Source: a virus (Duplodnaviria > Caudoviricetes). Taken from it: a stretch of DNA of 64,000 nt. The notes beneath the pieces were generated by a model. The model was given only the letters and a program-made list of their open reading frames with translations. It was not told the origin of the DNA and did no database searches. This document shows, piece after piece, positions 1 to 10,327 of this stretch (position 1 is the first letter of the stretch; every line of letters starts with the position of its first letter). The position numbers and the translations under genes were made by a program. The stretch spans positions 137,896 to 201,895 of IMG/VR virus record IMGVR_UViG_3300028832_000095, one strand, 5' to 3'.

Positions 1-2
1 GA

Positions 3-578
3 ATGATAAAGAATATCCTTTATTGGATTACAATCACTGCTTGTATGTGTGGACTTCTTATCTTAGGATTTTTGGTAGGAGTGACATATAAGAACTATGA
101 ACATATAGATAACTTTGAATCAAGTTTTGAACAATCAAGTGAAAGCTATATTAAAACAGAAGATATGACAAAAAACGATAATTTTGAATGTGTTCAAGCA
201 TTTACTTTTTCCGAAATACCTCATATGGATTTATTTGGAGTGGATACGTTAAAATCTGAAACCGCTACACCAACAAGTATTCGTTTTATATGTGATGAAG
301 GAACATTTATTGTGTATAAAGCATTTTGTGTTGTTGATTCTGATGGGTACATTGTTTCAGAATATAGTTCAGTTGCTCAGTTTATAGATACATATGGGAA
401 TAAAACAACAATAGGTGAAGATAGTTTTAATGATGTTGTTATTGTTCCAAAAAACGAACAATTTAATCTTGGTGATAGAACATTTCTCGCACACAATGGT
501 TGGTACATTATATATAATGGAAATTATTATAGAATAAATAAAATTGAATCTGTGGATTATAGATATTGGGAGGATTGA
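3..578 (+). CDS. membrane-anchored hypothetical protein
   Basis: 191 aa ORF with N-terminal hydrophobic segment ILYWITITACMCGLLILGFLVGV. Confidence 0.7.
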   Translation: MIKNILYWITITACMCGLLILGFLVGVTYKNYEHIDNFESSFEQSSESYIKTEDMTKNDNFECVQAFTFSEIPHMDLFGVDTLKSETATPTSIRFICDEGTFIVYKAFCVVDSDGYIVSEYSSVAQFIDTYGNKTTIGEDSFNDVVIVPKNEQFNLGDRTFLAHNGWYIIYNGNYYRINKIESVDYRYWED

Positions 579-582
579 TATT

Positions 583-1605
583 ATGACCAGACAAGGATTT
601 GAACTATGGTGCAAAAAGATGTTTGATAACTTTTCATATGAGTATAAAACATCTACAGAAAGATTGAAAGAGATGATTGTAAATAATACAAACAACTATG
701 ATCGAAGAATGATTCTGAGAACATTGGATGATGGAACTCATAGTCCATTTGTTATAGCTATTGACATTAAACACGGTGATATTAGGATCACAAATGTAAA
801 GACAGGTAAAACAGGAAAAGCCCATTGTCATCCAAAGGAAGAATTTGATCCAATTAAAGGAATTGCTATTGCTTGGGCAAGATATACAAAAACAGATATT
901 CCAGAAATTACTCCGGAAAAGATTGAATTCCTTGCTCCGAGTGATAAAGCACGCCTAAAAGAACTTGTTTCATCTATAGCAGATTATCACAATTGCACAA
1001 AAGAAAATGTACTCAGTCTGATGTATAAGTATATTTCTGGAATGGTAATTGAAACAGAGGAAAAGAAAGACAGGGATATTTTCACAGTAGATCCAAAGTC
1101 ATTCATCAATACAAAAGAATTCAAGGATGTAATGAAACACAGCAAACACGAATATAAAGACACAGATTTGTTTATATTTAATGTAAAGTTATTGGACAGT
1201 TATATGGAAGATAATGAATGTCTTTCTTATCATGAGATTGAGGAACTTCATAATAAAAAAGTTTTTAATGGAAAATTGATTTACTATAAAAGTAAACCTG
1301 TTGCAAGAATTTTTCATACACTTTTGATTAGTGACAATGATTATAATCTTAATCCTCAAAGAGAATTAAGAGCATATGCATACACTGTACGTCATGCAGG
1401 AAATGATGATATTATTGAAAAGATCATATCAGGTAAACTTGATAAATGTTATGTTGTATATACATTTATGAGAAGAATATGTTCCATTTGTGGGGAGAAT
1501 TATTGTTCTGCACATAGAAAGGGTGGGACGTATGACGGTAAGGTAGCACAGGACACGATTGAGGAAGTTACTGGTATCCATGATATTTATTTTGTGGAGG
1601 ATTGA
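583..1605 (+). CDS. two-domain hypothetical protein; C-terminus resembles a degenerate phage prohead-protease-like domain
   Basis: GGAGGA RBS before ATG 583. N-terminal KAHCHPKEEFDPIKGIAIAWARY motif is shared with 12273. C-terminal ARIF..LRAYAY..IEKIISG..CSICG..C.AHRKG..Y.G motif string. Confidence 0.55.
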   Translation: MTRQGFELWCKKMFDNFSYEYKTSTERLKEMIVNNTNNYDRRMILRTLDDGTHSPFVIAIDIKHGDIRITNVKTGKTGKAHCHPKEEFDPIKGIAIAWARYTKTDIPEITPEKIEFLAPSDKARLKELVSSIADYHNCTKENVLSLMYKYISGMVIETEEKKDRDIFTVDPKSFINTKEFKDVMKHSKHEYKDTDLFIFNVKLLDSYMEDNECLSYHEIEELHNKKVFNGKLIYYKSKPVARIFHTLLISDNDYNLNPQRELRAYAYTVRHAGNDDIIEKIISGKLDKCYVVYTFMRRICSICGENYCSAHRKGGTYDGKVAQDTIEEVTGIHDIYFVED

Positions 1606-1608
1606 TTT

Positions 1609-1824
1609 ATGTCTCTCAGTTATGGAAAAACACTAAAAGATAAAGCTGCTGCATTTTGTGTAAACAAATCTATCGAACTTGAAGATATTGTAGAACAGAT
1701 GCAATCTCTTTATGATGAACTCAGTCCGGAAGATGCGTTGCTTATAGGTCTTACTATGAGATCAGTAGAAAAAGCATCTGAAGCATTACATACAGCCGCA
1801 GATAAATTATATGAGGATAATTGA
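1609..1824 (+). CDS. hypothetical protein
   Basis: GGAGG RBS, 71 aa. Confidence 0.65.
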   Translation: MSLSYGKTLKDKAAAFCVNKSIELEDIVEQMQSLYDELSPEDALLIGLTMRSVEKASEALHTAADKLYEDN

Positions 1825-1826
1825 AT

Positions 1827-2234
1827 ATGAGAATTTTTAGAAAGCTATCAGGTTGGGAATACTCTGTATATGAATATGATAAGTTATTCATATACACAAT
1901 AACAATTAAGAATTCAGGACAGCACCTTGTAATTATAAATACAAATAAAGATGTAGATGGATGTATCTTTATTGGTCTTGACCCTTATATTGATATGGAA
2001 AAAACACTTAAAAGATGGATATCATCCGGAGTTATAATGCTTGATGAAGTTTCTTTTTATAGGTGTGTGACATTAGATCCATTAAGAACAGCCGATTATA
2101 TATATCTAATGGATAACGCTCTATATTATATGCAGAGTTGGTTAGAGTTTGACAGGTCGCAAATAACACCCGACAATTTTCAAAAAGAGGTTAGCTCTGA
2201 GATTAAGGAGGTTGGTAAGGATGAGAGCATTTGA
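1827..2234 (+). CDS. hypothetical protein
   Basis: GAGG RBS, tight packing with neighbours. Confidence 0.65.
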   Translation: MRIFRKLSGWEYSVYEYDKLFIYTITIKNSGQHLVIINTNKDVDGCIFIGLDPYIDMEKTLKRWISSGVIMLDEVSFYRCVTLDPLRTADYIYLMDNALYYMQSWLEFDRSQITPDNFQKEVSSEIKEVGKDESI

Positions 2235-2541
2235 ATCCTATGAACAGGAGTACAAGAAAAACCTAAAATTCACATATCCCGAAGAAATGAAAACAATTAT
2301 TGATTATATAGAAAAGAGTGGTAAATGCAATCTGGATTATAAGAATTTGGAAAAGGCGTGGTATGTTTTCTCAGAAATTTATGATGCTACATTCCTAACT
2401 CCTGATGATCAATTACTTCATGATTTCGGAGAATGGCTTACAGACTATGATGTAGAGGAAATCCGTAAGATGAATTACTATGGATATATGGAAGACACAC
2501 CCTATGAACCGTGGAAAGATGATTTTGAATATAAGGATTAA
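2221..2541 (+). CDS. hypothetical protein
   Basis: AGGAGG RBS before ATG 2221. Confidence 0.7.
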   Translation: MRAFESYEQEYKKNLKFTYPEEMKTIIDYIEKSGKCNLDYKNLEKAWYVFSEIYDATFLTPDDQLLHDFGEWLTDYDVEEIRKMNYYGYMEDTPYEPWKDDFEYKD

Positions 2542-2552
2542 AAATAAACAAA

Positions 2553-2604
2553 AATAGATATCATACATAATGTTAAAAACGTAACTATATGTATGATATC
2601 TATT
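2553..2604. repeat. 17-bp perfect inverted repeat (terminator or operator candidate)
   Basis: AATAGATATCATACATA (2553-2569) / TATGTATGATATCTATT (2588-2604), 18-nt spacer, intergenic. Confidence 0.8.
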
Positions 2605-2629
2605 ATTTTATAAAGGAGTTGTTTTTTCT

Positions 2630-3424
2630 ATGGTATTATACTATGAGAACATAATTACAGATTTACGCAGAAACAATATTAAGGTGACACAGAAGGTATT
2701 TGACTATTTGAATGAGTATGTAGATTTACAGAATTCAACAATAGAAAAAATGGAGCCGGAGACATATAGAGATTTGAAAGACAAGAATGTTCTTGTTGTT
2801 GACGATTCAAATGTTATTGCTGTATATGGGCAAAATAAGTTTATGTATAATCCAAATAAGATAAAGGCTTCTGCTATTCCTGAGTATGATGTTTATGAGG
2901 TTATTCAGGGCGGTGTGAATGTTCAAAATAGGAGAGAACAAAGAAGAGATTACTTAAAAGGATTGTCAAGTACAAAAGATTCTAAATTCAGTAATGTTCC
3001 AAGATCATCTAATTATATTTGGGATAAAGACTGGAATCCAGAAGTCAATAAGCGTTATTACACAAAGTTATTACAACAGAATCATCTTGGTAAATATGCA
3101 CAACAGTTAAATGATGCCTATGATGTTGTTAAAGAACTAATAGATCAACGTAGAGAAAGATTGACTGGTAAGAGGTCTGAGTATGATAGAATCATAACTG
3201 ATATATCTAGGCAAATCAGTCGTATTGAAGATGAAATGGTAGCTGCCGAAAGAGATTTTAGTTTTGATCCAGATAAACTTAAAAAGGAAATTTCAAAACT
3301 ACCAAGAATGATTAGCAATGCACAGTTCTTTATTGATACAGAGAATAAGGAATTTGCCATTGCTGCAAGATATAATGGAACAGGTAGACGTAAACCTATT
3401 CCATATACTAAGATCGAGAAGTGA
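2630..3424 (+). CDS. hypothetical protein with helical C-terminal half
   Basis: AAGGAG RBS, 264 aa. Confidence 0.75.
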   Translation: MVLYYENIITDLRRNNIKVTQKVFDYLNEYVDLQNSTIEKMEPETYRDLKDKNVLVVDDSNVIAVYGQNKFMYNPNKIKASAIPEYDVYEVIQGGVNVQNRREQRRDYLKGLSSTKDSKFSNVPRSSNYIWDKDWNPEVNKRYYTKLLQQNHLGKYAQQLNDAYDVVKELIDQRRERLTGKRSEYDRIITDISRQISRIEDEMVAAERDFSFDPDKLKKEISKLPRMISNAQFFIDTENKEFAIAARYNGTGRRKPIPYTKIEK

Positions 3425-3457
3425 TTAAGTTAAATAAAAAACTTTTTCAAAAAGTCC

Positions 3458-3487
3458 TTGACAAATCTCCTGATAATATGTTATAAT
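3458..3487 (+). promoter_or_regulatory. sigmaA/sigma70-type promoter
   Basis: TTGACA-18nt-TATAAT with extended -10 TG and A-rich upstream element. Confidence 0.8.
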
Positions 3488-3525
3488 ATGTTTATAGTAT
3501 AATGTGTGATTGGAGGAAATAAGTC

Positions 3526-3918
3526 ATGATTAAGAAGTATATGAATCAACTCTATAAGGAAATCATGTGGTATAAGAAAAAGATTGATAATGGTAAGCTC
3601 CAATATTTCGGGAAGAAGGATATCGGAGACACTAATTGTTTTACTGTTATTTTGAAAGACGGTTCGTATTTTTATATCAATATTGGAACTGATAAGATTC
3701 CGTATGTTCAGAAAAGACAAGTAGCGTATATCTTTAAGGAATTGCACAGAAGAGATGACAGACTTAATAAGTGGTATTTGGATTCCATAGATTCTGACCG
3801 TGGGTACTATTGTTACAAAAAAGAGGATATATACGGACAGAGTAACTATGTGACAGAAAAAATGAAATATTATAAAGTTGACTATAATAAAGAATATGAT
3901 ACTGGTTGTTGGGATTGA
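3526..3918 (+). CDS. hypothetical protein (paralog of 31084)
   Basis: GGAGG RBS; VILKDGSYF versus VILKDKTYF in 31084. Confidence 0.75.
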   Translation: MIKKYMNQLYKEIMWYKKKIDNGKLQYFGKKDIGDTNCFTVILKDGSYFYINIGTDKIPYVQKRQVAYIFKELHRRDDRLNKWYLDSIDSDRGYYCYKKEDIYGQSNYVTEKMKYYKVDYNKEYDTGCWD

Positions 3919-3975
3919 ACGAAACCTATATTGAATAGATATTAAAAATGAGATTATGAAGAGGAATGATGATTT

Positions 3976-4545
3976 ATGATAACCCTGATGAATGAAGATG
4001 TATTATTTGAAAAACTAACTGGAAAACAATTCTTCCAATCACTTCTTGAATATCTAACAAAAGATACGATGATTAAATACGCCGATGATTATATTCCTAA
4101 TTTTGATAAATCAAAGAAACAGAAATATGCAAAAGAGTATCCGATCAAAGATATCAAAGATGATATCGCTTCTTTTATAGATGACTGGTTAAGCGAAATA
4201 AAGACCGAGTGTGACGTTTACTCTATGAAAAATAATCGTAAGTCTGATTCCTATGGATTCTCAAATTATATAACACTATCCTTTAATCGTCCTGCTGATA
4301 GAAGACTGTATCAGTTCTACAAGGATAACGATGAACTATATAACAATGTGAAATTCCGTTTCTCGGAACACGAATCCAGAAATGATGATTCTGATATTGA
4401 GGATTGGGTAAACTTCACTGGTAAAACATTTAACCAAGCAGCAGAAGAAATGAAGTATAAGATTCAAAACTATGTCGTAGACCTTAGATCAAAAGAAAAG
4501 CAATATTTGAAGAAACTGGATAAGAAGAATAAGAAAAGATGGTGA
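3976..4545 (+). CDS. hypothetical protein, SNYI/RFSxHE family (paralog of 31812 N-terminus)
   Basis: GAGG RBS; GFSNYI..KFRFSEHE. Confidence 0.75.
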   Translation: MITLMNEDVLFEKLTGKQFFQSLLEYLTKDTMIKYADDYIPNFDKSKKQKYAKEYPIKDIKDDIASFIDDWLSEIKTECDVYSMKNNRKSDSYGFSNYITLSFNRPADRRLYQFYKDNDELYNNVKFRFSEHESRNDDSDIEDWVNFTGKTFNQAAEEMKYKIQNYVVDLRSKEKQYLKKLDKKNKKRW

Positions 4546-4551
4546 TTATAT

Positions 4552-4827
4552 ATGATTATTCTTGAGGATGTTGGGGTTAAAGACAACCATATTAAAAAAA
4601 TATATGATATAATCAAACAAAATTTCGATAATAAAAACTATAAGTTCGAGGAAAAAATAGAAGATTATGTTATCTGGTGTGATAACGATAAAGAACGTGC
4701 TGTATTCATTCAGGCAAAAGATGGTTCATGCTATGGAACTGTCTGTAAGAATGATATTGATACTGGTTCGGAAGCTGATATTTTAGATTATATAAAAGAT
4801 CAGCTTAACGATACAAAAGACGATTAA
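4552..4827 (+). CDS. hypothetical protein
   Basis: GGTGA RBS, 91 aa. Confidence 0.65.
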   Translation: MIILEDVGVKDNHIKKIYDIIKQNFDNKNYKFEEKIEDYVIWCDNDKERAVFIQAKDGSCYGTVCKNDIDTGSEADILDYIKDQLNDTKDD

Positions 4828-4845
4828 GGAAGGGAGTTATTTATT

Positions 4846-5139
4846 ATGACTACTACTCACGAATTTGATATTAGAAAAGATTGTTGGGGCGGGGCAGAAG
4901 ACAGAATCAAAGAACTTACAGATGATCAAATTGATGAACTGGAAGCCGTATTAGAGGATTATTTTATTGATGCTGATAATATTCCAAGCGATACAGATGT
5001 AAATGATTTCATTTGGTTTGAGGAAGAGACATGGAAAGAATGGATCGGACTTGGTGAAACCGATGAAGATGAAGATTTCTATGACGAATACGAAGATGAA
5101 GAATTTGAAGATTTCGATGATGAAGAATTTGAAGATTAA
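4846..5139 (+). CDS. very acidic small phage protein
   Basis: GGGAG RBS; WGGAEDRI..SDTDVNDFIWFE and a D/E-rich tail. Confidence 0.75.
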   Translation: MTTTHEFDIRKDCWGGAEDRIKELTDDQIDELEAVLEDYFIDADNIPSDTDVNDFIWFEEETWKEWIGLGETDEDEDFYDEYEDEEFEDFDDEEFED

Positions 5140-5160
5140 ATAATCATAAAACATAGTATA

Positions 5161-5192
5161 AGGCACATCCTTTATAGGGTGTGCTTTTTTTG
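5161..5192 (+). terminator. Rho-independent terminator
   Basis: GCACATCCT-TTAT-AGGGTGTGC followed by a T-run. Confidence 0.8.
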
Positions 5193-5221
5193 TTTAATAA
5201 TAAAAATATTTCAAAATCCTA

Positions 5222-5250
5222 TTGACATTTTCTAAGTTTTGTGTTATACT
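5222..5250 (+). promoter_or_regulatory. sigmaA-type promoter
   Basis: TTGACA-17nt-TATACT with TG extension. Confidence 0.85.
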
Positions 5251-5284
5251 ATAATTACACTATTATATCATGGAGGTTGATATT

Positions 5285-7336
5285 ATGTCCTATTCAAAAA
5301 CAATCAATGAACTTGTGGAGTACCTTAATGTATGCCGTGATGCTTATTATAATCTAAATAAACCTATTATTACAGATCAACAATATGACGATTTATTTGA
5401 CAAACTTACAGAACTTGAAAAGGAATCCGGTATTGTTCTAAGCAACTCCCCGACACAGACAGTTGGTTATACTGTTGCATCGGAGTTTAAGAAAGTAAAA
5501 CATTATAAACCACTTCTTTCATTAGATAAAACAAAATCCTACGAAGACATTGTAGCATTTTGTGATTATAGAGATGTTCTGTTCATGCATAAACTAGACG
5601 GACTCACAATTCAATTGACATATGAAAATGGTGAGTTTGTTCGTGCTGAAACCCGTGGTGATGGTTTTATTGGTGAAGACATTACAGATAATGCAAAAAC
5701 ATTCATTGGAGTTCCTAAAACTATTCCGGTAGATGGAACAGTTAGGATCACAGGTGAAGCGATCATCAATAAAAATGATTTTGAATATATCAATAGTAAA
5801 CTTCCAGAAGATGAGCAGTATGCCAATCCTAGAAATCTTGCGAGTGGGTCTGTTAGACAACTTGATAGCAAAGTGTGTGCTTCCCGGAAAGTACGATTCA
5901 TTGTATGGAATGCAAATGATCTTTCCTCAGACGGAACAATGCTTAGTGGTATTGTAAAAGCGCATGAATACGGGTTTAACATTGTTCATTTCTGTGAAGC
6001 TAATAAAGTGAATGATACTTCTTATGTTGAAACAGTTTTCAACAATATGAAATCTGCTTCTACAACAAATGGAATTCCTATTGATGGTATCGTTGTAATG
6101 TTTAATGACATTAGCTATGGTGATCTTCTTGGAAAAACGGCACACCACTTTAAGAACGGTATTGCTTTTAAGTTCTATGATGAAGGATCAATTACAGTTC
6201 TTGAAAACGTAGAATACACAATTGGAAAAACAGGTGTATTGACACCTACTGCTGTATTTAGTCCTGTGGAACTTTGTGGAACAACTGTAACAAGAGCAAG
6301 TGTTCATAATATCTCAATTCTTAAAAAGTTGAATCTTAAAGTCGGAGATGAAATTGAAGTATATAAAAGTAATGAAATTATCCCCCAGGTAAGATGTAAT
6401 AATACACTCCACAACAATGAAAAAGAATATACATACACAATTCCAAAGACTTGTCCATATTGTTCGTTCCCAACGGAGATTAAAACAAATAGAGTTAGAA
6501 TAAATAAAGATACTGAAAAAGAAGTATCTGTTCTGATGTGTACTAACCCAAAATGTCAGGGAAGACTTCTTAGAAAGCTCACGGCATTTGTTTCCAAACA
6601 AGCAATGGATATTAAGGGTTTGTCAGACAAAACACTTGAAAAGTTTATTGAGCTTGGCTATCTGAATACATATGCGGATATTTATACTCTTATGGAAAAC
6701 TACGCACAAGCTATTAGTAAACTTGATGGGTTCGGGGATAAGTCTGTTTCACAATTAAATAAATCTATTGAGGATTCTAAAAATACTACTTTTGACAGAG
6801 TTCTTACGGCATTGAATATTGATGGTGTTGGCGTAAATGTAGCAAAAACTATTTGTAAATACTTCAACAATAGTGTCGATAAGTTCTTGGAAAGTGTTGA
6901 AAATAAAACCTTGTATGCTTCACTTAATTCAATTAAAGGTCTTGGAGACTTTGTAGCATCCAATGTAGCAGAATATTTCAATGCACAAAGCACATATAAT
7001 GAGTTTAAGAACCTTGTTTCTTACCTTACTCTTTATACGGGAGAAACAGTATCCGGAACTAAATTAAGCGGTAAGACATTTGTAATCACAGGTTCTTTGG
7101 AGTATTATGCTAATAGGGATGAGTTAGTTAAAGAGATTGTTGATAATGGTGGAAATATTGATCCGTCTGTAAAGAAAACAACTTCATATCTTATCAATAA
7201 TGATGTGACAAGTAATTCCAGCAAGAATAAGAAAGCAAAGGAACTTGGTGTAGCCATTATTTCCGAAAAAGAATTTATTGATATGCTTGGAAGCACAAAG
7301 GATATGAAGCCTAAAAAGTCAGGCAAACTGTTCTAA
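5285..7336 (+). CDS. ligA: NAD-dependent DNA ligase
   Basis: LSLDK, HKLDG adenylation motif, TRGDG..GEDIT, ANPRN..SGS, IDGIV, AFKF, OB fold, CPYC zinc finger, HhH, C-terminal BRCT (GKTFVITGSL). Confidence 0.97.
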   Translation: MSYSKTINELVEYLNVCRDAYYNLNKPIITDQQYDDLFDKLTELEKESGIVLSNSPTQTVGYTVASEFKKVKHYKPLLSLDKTKSYEDIVAFCDYRDVLFMHKLDGLTIQLTYENGEFVRAETRGDGFIGEDITDNAKTFIGVPKTIPVDGTVRITGEAIINKNDFEYINSKLPEDEQYANPRNLASGSVRQLDSKVCASRKVRFIVWNANDLSSDGTMLSGIVKAHEYGFNIVHFCEANKVNDTSYVETVFNNMKSASTTNGIPIDGIVVMFNDISYGDLLGKTAHHFKNGIAFKFYDEGSITVLENVEYTIGKTGVLTPTAVFSPVELCGTTVTRASVHNISILKKLNLKVGDEIEVYKSNEIIPQVRCNNTLHNNEKEYTYTIPKTCPYCSFPTEIKTNRVRINKDTEKEVSVLMCTNPKCQGRLLRKLTAFVSKQAMDIKGLSDKTLEKFIELGYLNTYADIYTLMENYAQAISKLDGFGDKSVSQLNKSIEDSKNTTFDRVLTALNIDGVGVNVAKTICKYFNNSVDKFLESVENKTLYASLNSIKGLGDFVASNVAEYFNAQSTYNEFKNLVSYLTLYTGETVSGTKLSGKTFVITGSLEYYANRDELVKEIVDNGGNIDPSVKKTTSYLINNDVTSNSSKNKKAKELGVAIISEKEFIDMLGSTKDMKPKKSGKLF

Positions 7337-7349
7337 GGAGGAATAAGAT

Positions 7350-8163
7350 ATGATACTGAACGATGGTATATCAAAAAATTTTGAAGGAAAATACGATTTT
7401 TGATTATACACAGGATTTAGATACAGATATTTTACATCTATCAACAGATGAGAGTGGTGTTAAAACAGCTAACGGTCTTACATATTTCTACGCATACCAA
7501 TTCAATCCGAAAGCGGATTATAACGAAGTAAAAACATTTAGAAAATTATTCAACTATAATTATAGAGATTCACATTATTTTTATAATGACGATGTTTTTG
7601 ATTTCATTGAGGTTGGAATGCTTCATATGGATCATTTCAAAAAATTAGAATCCTTTGATATTGTGTTCATGACAGATTTTGGAAACGGTACATCTGCAGG
7701 AGTTATGGCATTGCTAGATAGTATGTTGTTAGAATATACAAATGGATCATTTCTTGATGTAAGACTTGTTAAAAAGACATATGAAAATGTTAAATTTGAC
7801 AGGGATAAAGCTAAACAAGCAATACTAAGTACAAATAAATATTCTAATGAATATCAGGCTGAACGTGCTGTAAGATCTATGGAGGATACATTTAATCAGT
7901 TGAAAACAAGTGGCGAATTGTTCAAGATGAAAAGATATCTTCCGGCAGCTGGTAGAGTAGGTTTTTACAATTTTCTAAAATTTGATACAGAGGAGCATAA
8001 AAGTGCTTTTATGTCTATGGAAAACGGATCAGAAGCCCTTATATGTGATGATCTAATAACATCAGGTTCTACAATAAAAGAAATAAAAAGATATTTACAC
8101 TCAATAAATCCAAATGTAAATATAACAGTGTTTGTTCTTATAGATCAGATGAGAGAATATTGA
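7350..8163 (+). CDS. phosphoribosyltransferase-like protein, apparent frameshift near 7400
   Basis: PRPP-binding-like motif LICDDLITSGSTI. AGGAGG RBS fits ATG 7350, which joins the main frame if the T5 run at 7397-7401 has one extra T. Confidence 0.7.
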
Positions 8164-8177
8164 TATGGAGGACTAAC

Positions 8178-8684
8178 ATGAAAAAATCCAATTTTCAAAA
8201 ACCTTTATTCGGTGTTTCGGACAAGAAAGATACTAAGGCAATAGAACAGCCAAAAAGAAGAGGAAGACCGCCGAAGCAGAAACAGGACAAAACACTTAAA
8301 CAAAATACTCCTAAAAAGGATTCTCCTAAAATCGTATCGAAAATAGGAGAAAAGAAAAAATTAGGAGAAAAAATAGTAGAAAAATCTACCCCGCAAAAAT
8401 CAAATGTAAAGGCAAATAAAGGATGGAAAGACTATAACACATCAAAACCAGAACTGATGCATCCTTGTGAATTCTATACTCAGGATGATAAAGGAAAACA
8501 ATATATGTTCTATGGGTATTTGGAATCAGATGGATGGGCGGTTACGGATGATCCATATAAGCTAGTGGTTCTTAGAAAGAAGTTTGGCAATATGTTTTAT
8601 CGGGAGCTTCCTTGTAAAGATTTGTCAAACTGTAAAGATAACTTCCCACATTGTAAAACTTGTAAACTAAATAAGGAGAAATGA
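8178..8684 (+). CDS. basic hypothetical protein with AT-hook-like motif
   Basis: PKRRGRPPK, Lys-rich N-terminal half, Cys cluster at C-terminus. Confidence 0.7.
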   Translation: MKKSNFQKPLFGVSDKKDTKAIEQPKRRGRPPKQKQDKTLKQNTPKKDSPKIVSKIGEKKKLGEKIVEKSTPQKSNVKANKGWKDYNTSKPELMHPCEFYTQDDKGKQYMFYGYLESDGWAVTDDPYKLVVLRKKFGNMFYRELPCKDLSNCKDNFPHCKTCKLNKEK

Positions 8685-8686
8685 TT

Positions 8687-9151
8687 ATGGGGCTTGAAAA
8701 TTCAATTTATCTAACTATAAGAGATAAAGAAACACACATAACGCAATATGAGGTAAGCGTTGCATACTGGCGAAAGTATTTTGGTGTTCGTGATACCCTT
8801 CTAAGATTGTTTAAGAATGAACGATATTTGATTGAACAGAAGAGTGAATACTTGTTTATTTGTAGTCCAAATATTCTAACAAGTGTTATCTCAGAACTTA
8901 TGGAACATATAGGTACACTTGATTGTGAACTATGGACTAATTCATTCTGGGAGCCTGTAATTTCCCGTGACAGAACAATTCGCAATGTCGCAAATCTGTA
9001 CGCTCTGCAAGCATGGATTTATGATCCGGAAAATGATGATGCACTGAATATTTGTAGATATGATACCGATGAAGATATTGGATGGTATGAAACTTATTTG
9101 AAAGATAAAGATAAATATGAAATACTTATCACATTTGAAGATAGCTATTAA
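8687..9151 (+). CDS. hypothetical protein
   Basis: AGGAG RBS; YWRK motif. Confidence 0.7.
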   Translation: MGLENSIYLTIRDKETHITQYEVSVAYWRKYFGVRDTLLRLFKNERYLIEQKSEYLFICSPNILTSVISELMEHIGTLDCELWTNSFWEPVISRDRTIRNVANLYALQAWIYDPENDDALNICRYDTDEDIGWYETYLKDKDKYEILITFEDSY

Positions 9152-9162
9152 AGGAGGTTACA

Positions 9163-10311
9163 ATGAATATTAAGGAAGCTATATCCGGACAAGAATATTC
9201 GTTTCTTGTAGACTGTGAGTATTTACACAATATACTATTTCTTTGTTTTGGAGGAAGTCACGCTTACGGTCTGAATACAGAAACATCGGACGTTGATATT
9301 AGAGGATGTTGTTTTCCTCCAATGGAAGGAATAGTTGGTTGTGGATTCTTACAGGAGAAAACAGAGCCTTATGTTATTCTCGGTGAAAACGGATTTGAAC
9401 AAATAACAGAAACAAACACAGATACAACCATTTACAGTTTCTATAAACTTCTTAAACTGCTTTATAACTGTAACCCAAATACAATTGAGATGCTTGGGTG
9501 TAGAGAACAAGATTATATTATTTATCATCCGGCAGGACAATATTTGATTGATCATAGTGAAGTGTTTTTATCTAAAATGGCATACAGATCCTTTGCTGAG
9601 TACGCACGAGGACAGTTTCAACGACTTAAAAATGCCCTCGGTAGACAAAGACAAGGAAATTTATCTAATTGTCTGTGTATGACAGATGCAATAGGAAGAA
9701 TGCAAAAACATCTTGAACGGGAGTACAGCGATTATAATTCTAATATGGTAAATGTTAGAATAACAGATAAAAGTGGAAATCCTGTTTATTGTGGTGTAAA
9801 ACAAATTGTCCCGGATGATGTGGAGCTTCTGTTTTATGATAACTATAAAGAACTTACAGTAAACGGAAAACCAATTAAAGACGAGGACATTCAAGTTACA
9901 TTTGATGTTCATGTAGATGGTCTACCTTCAAATCAGTTTACATCTGTTATGAATGAAATTGGTTCTAATATAAAAGAATTTAACAAAGTTCTTGGACACC
10001 GAAATCATAAGAAAGATGATTACCATCTCTCGAAACACGCAATGCACTTGCTCCGTCTGTATATGATGGGTAGGGAGATTCTTGAAAATCATGTCATCAA
10101 TACATATAGAGTCCATGAACACGACTTCTTAATGTCTGTTAAAAACGGAGCATATTTCAACGGTGAGTCTTTTAGCAAGGAGTTCTTTGATATTGTTTCA
10201 GAACTTAGTGTAAAACTGGATGAAGCATATAAGAATACAACACTTCCAGATACTCCGAACAAAAATCATATTATACAACTATCTAAAAAGATATCATCTT
10301 GGTTCTTCTAA
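9163..10311 (+). CDS. DNA polymerase beta-superfamily nucleotidyltransferase (RlaP/YcgL-like)
   Basis: GGSHAYGLNTETSDVDIRG, CNPNTIEML, KHAMHLLRL, TTLPDTP. Confidence 0.85.
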   Translation: MNIKEAISGQEYSFLVDCEYLHNILFLCFGGSHAYGLNTETSDVDIRGCCFPPMEGIVGCGFLQEKTEPYVILGENGFEQITETNTDTTIYSFYKLLKLLYNCNPNTIEMLGCREQDYIIYHPAGQYLIDHSEVFLSKMAYRSFAEYARGQFQRLKNALGRQRQGNLSNCLCMTDAIGRMQKHLEREYSDYNSNMVNVRITDKSGNPVYCGVKQIVPDDVELLFYDNYKELTVNGKPIKDEDIQVTFDVHVDGLPSNQFTSVMNEIGSNIKEFNKVLGHRNHKKDDYHLSKHAMHLLRLYMMGREILENHVINTYRVHEHDFLMSVKNGAYFNGESFSKEFFDIVSELSVKLDEAYKNTTLPDTPNKNHIIQLSKKISSWFF

Positions 10312-10327
10312 AAAAAGGAGGGTTATT

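Noticed and set aside
5285-7336. Intein or intron in the DNA ligase
   Set aside because: Length and domain order fit an uninterrupted LigA; no splicing motifs seen.
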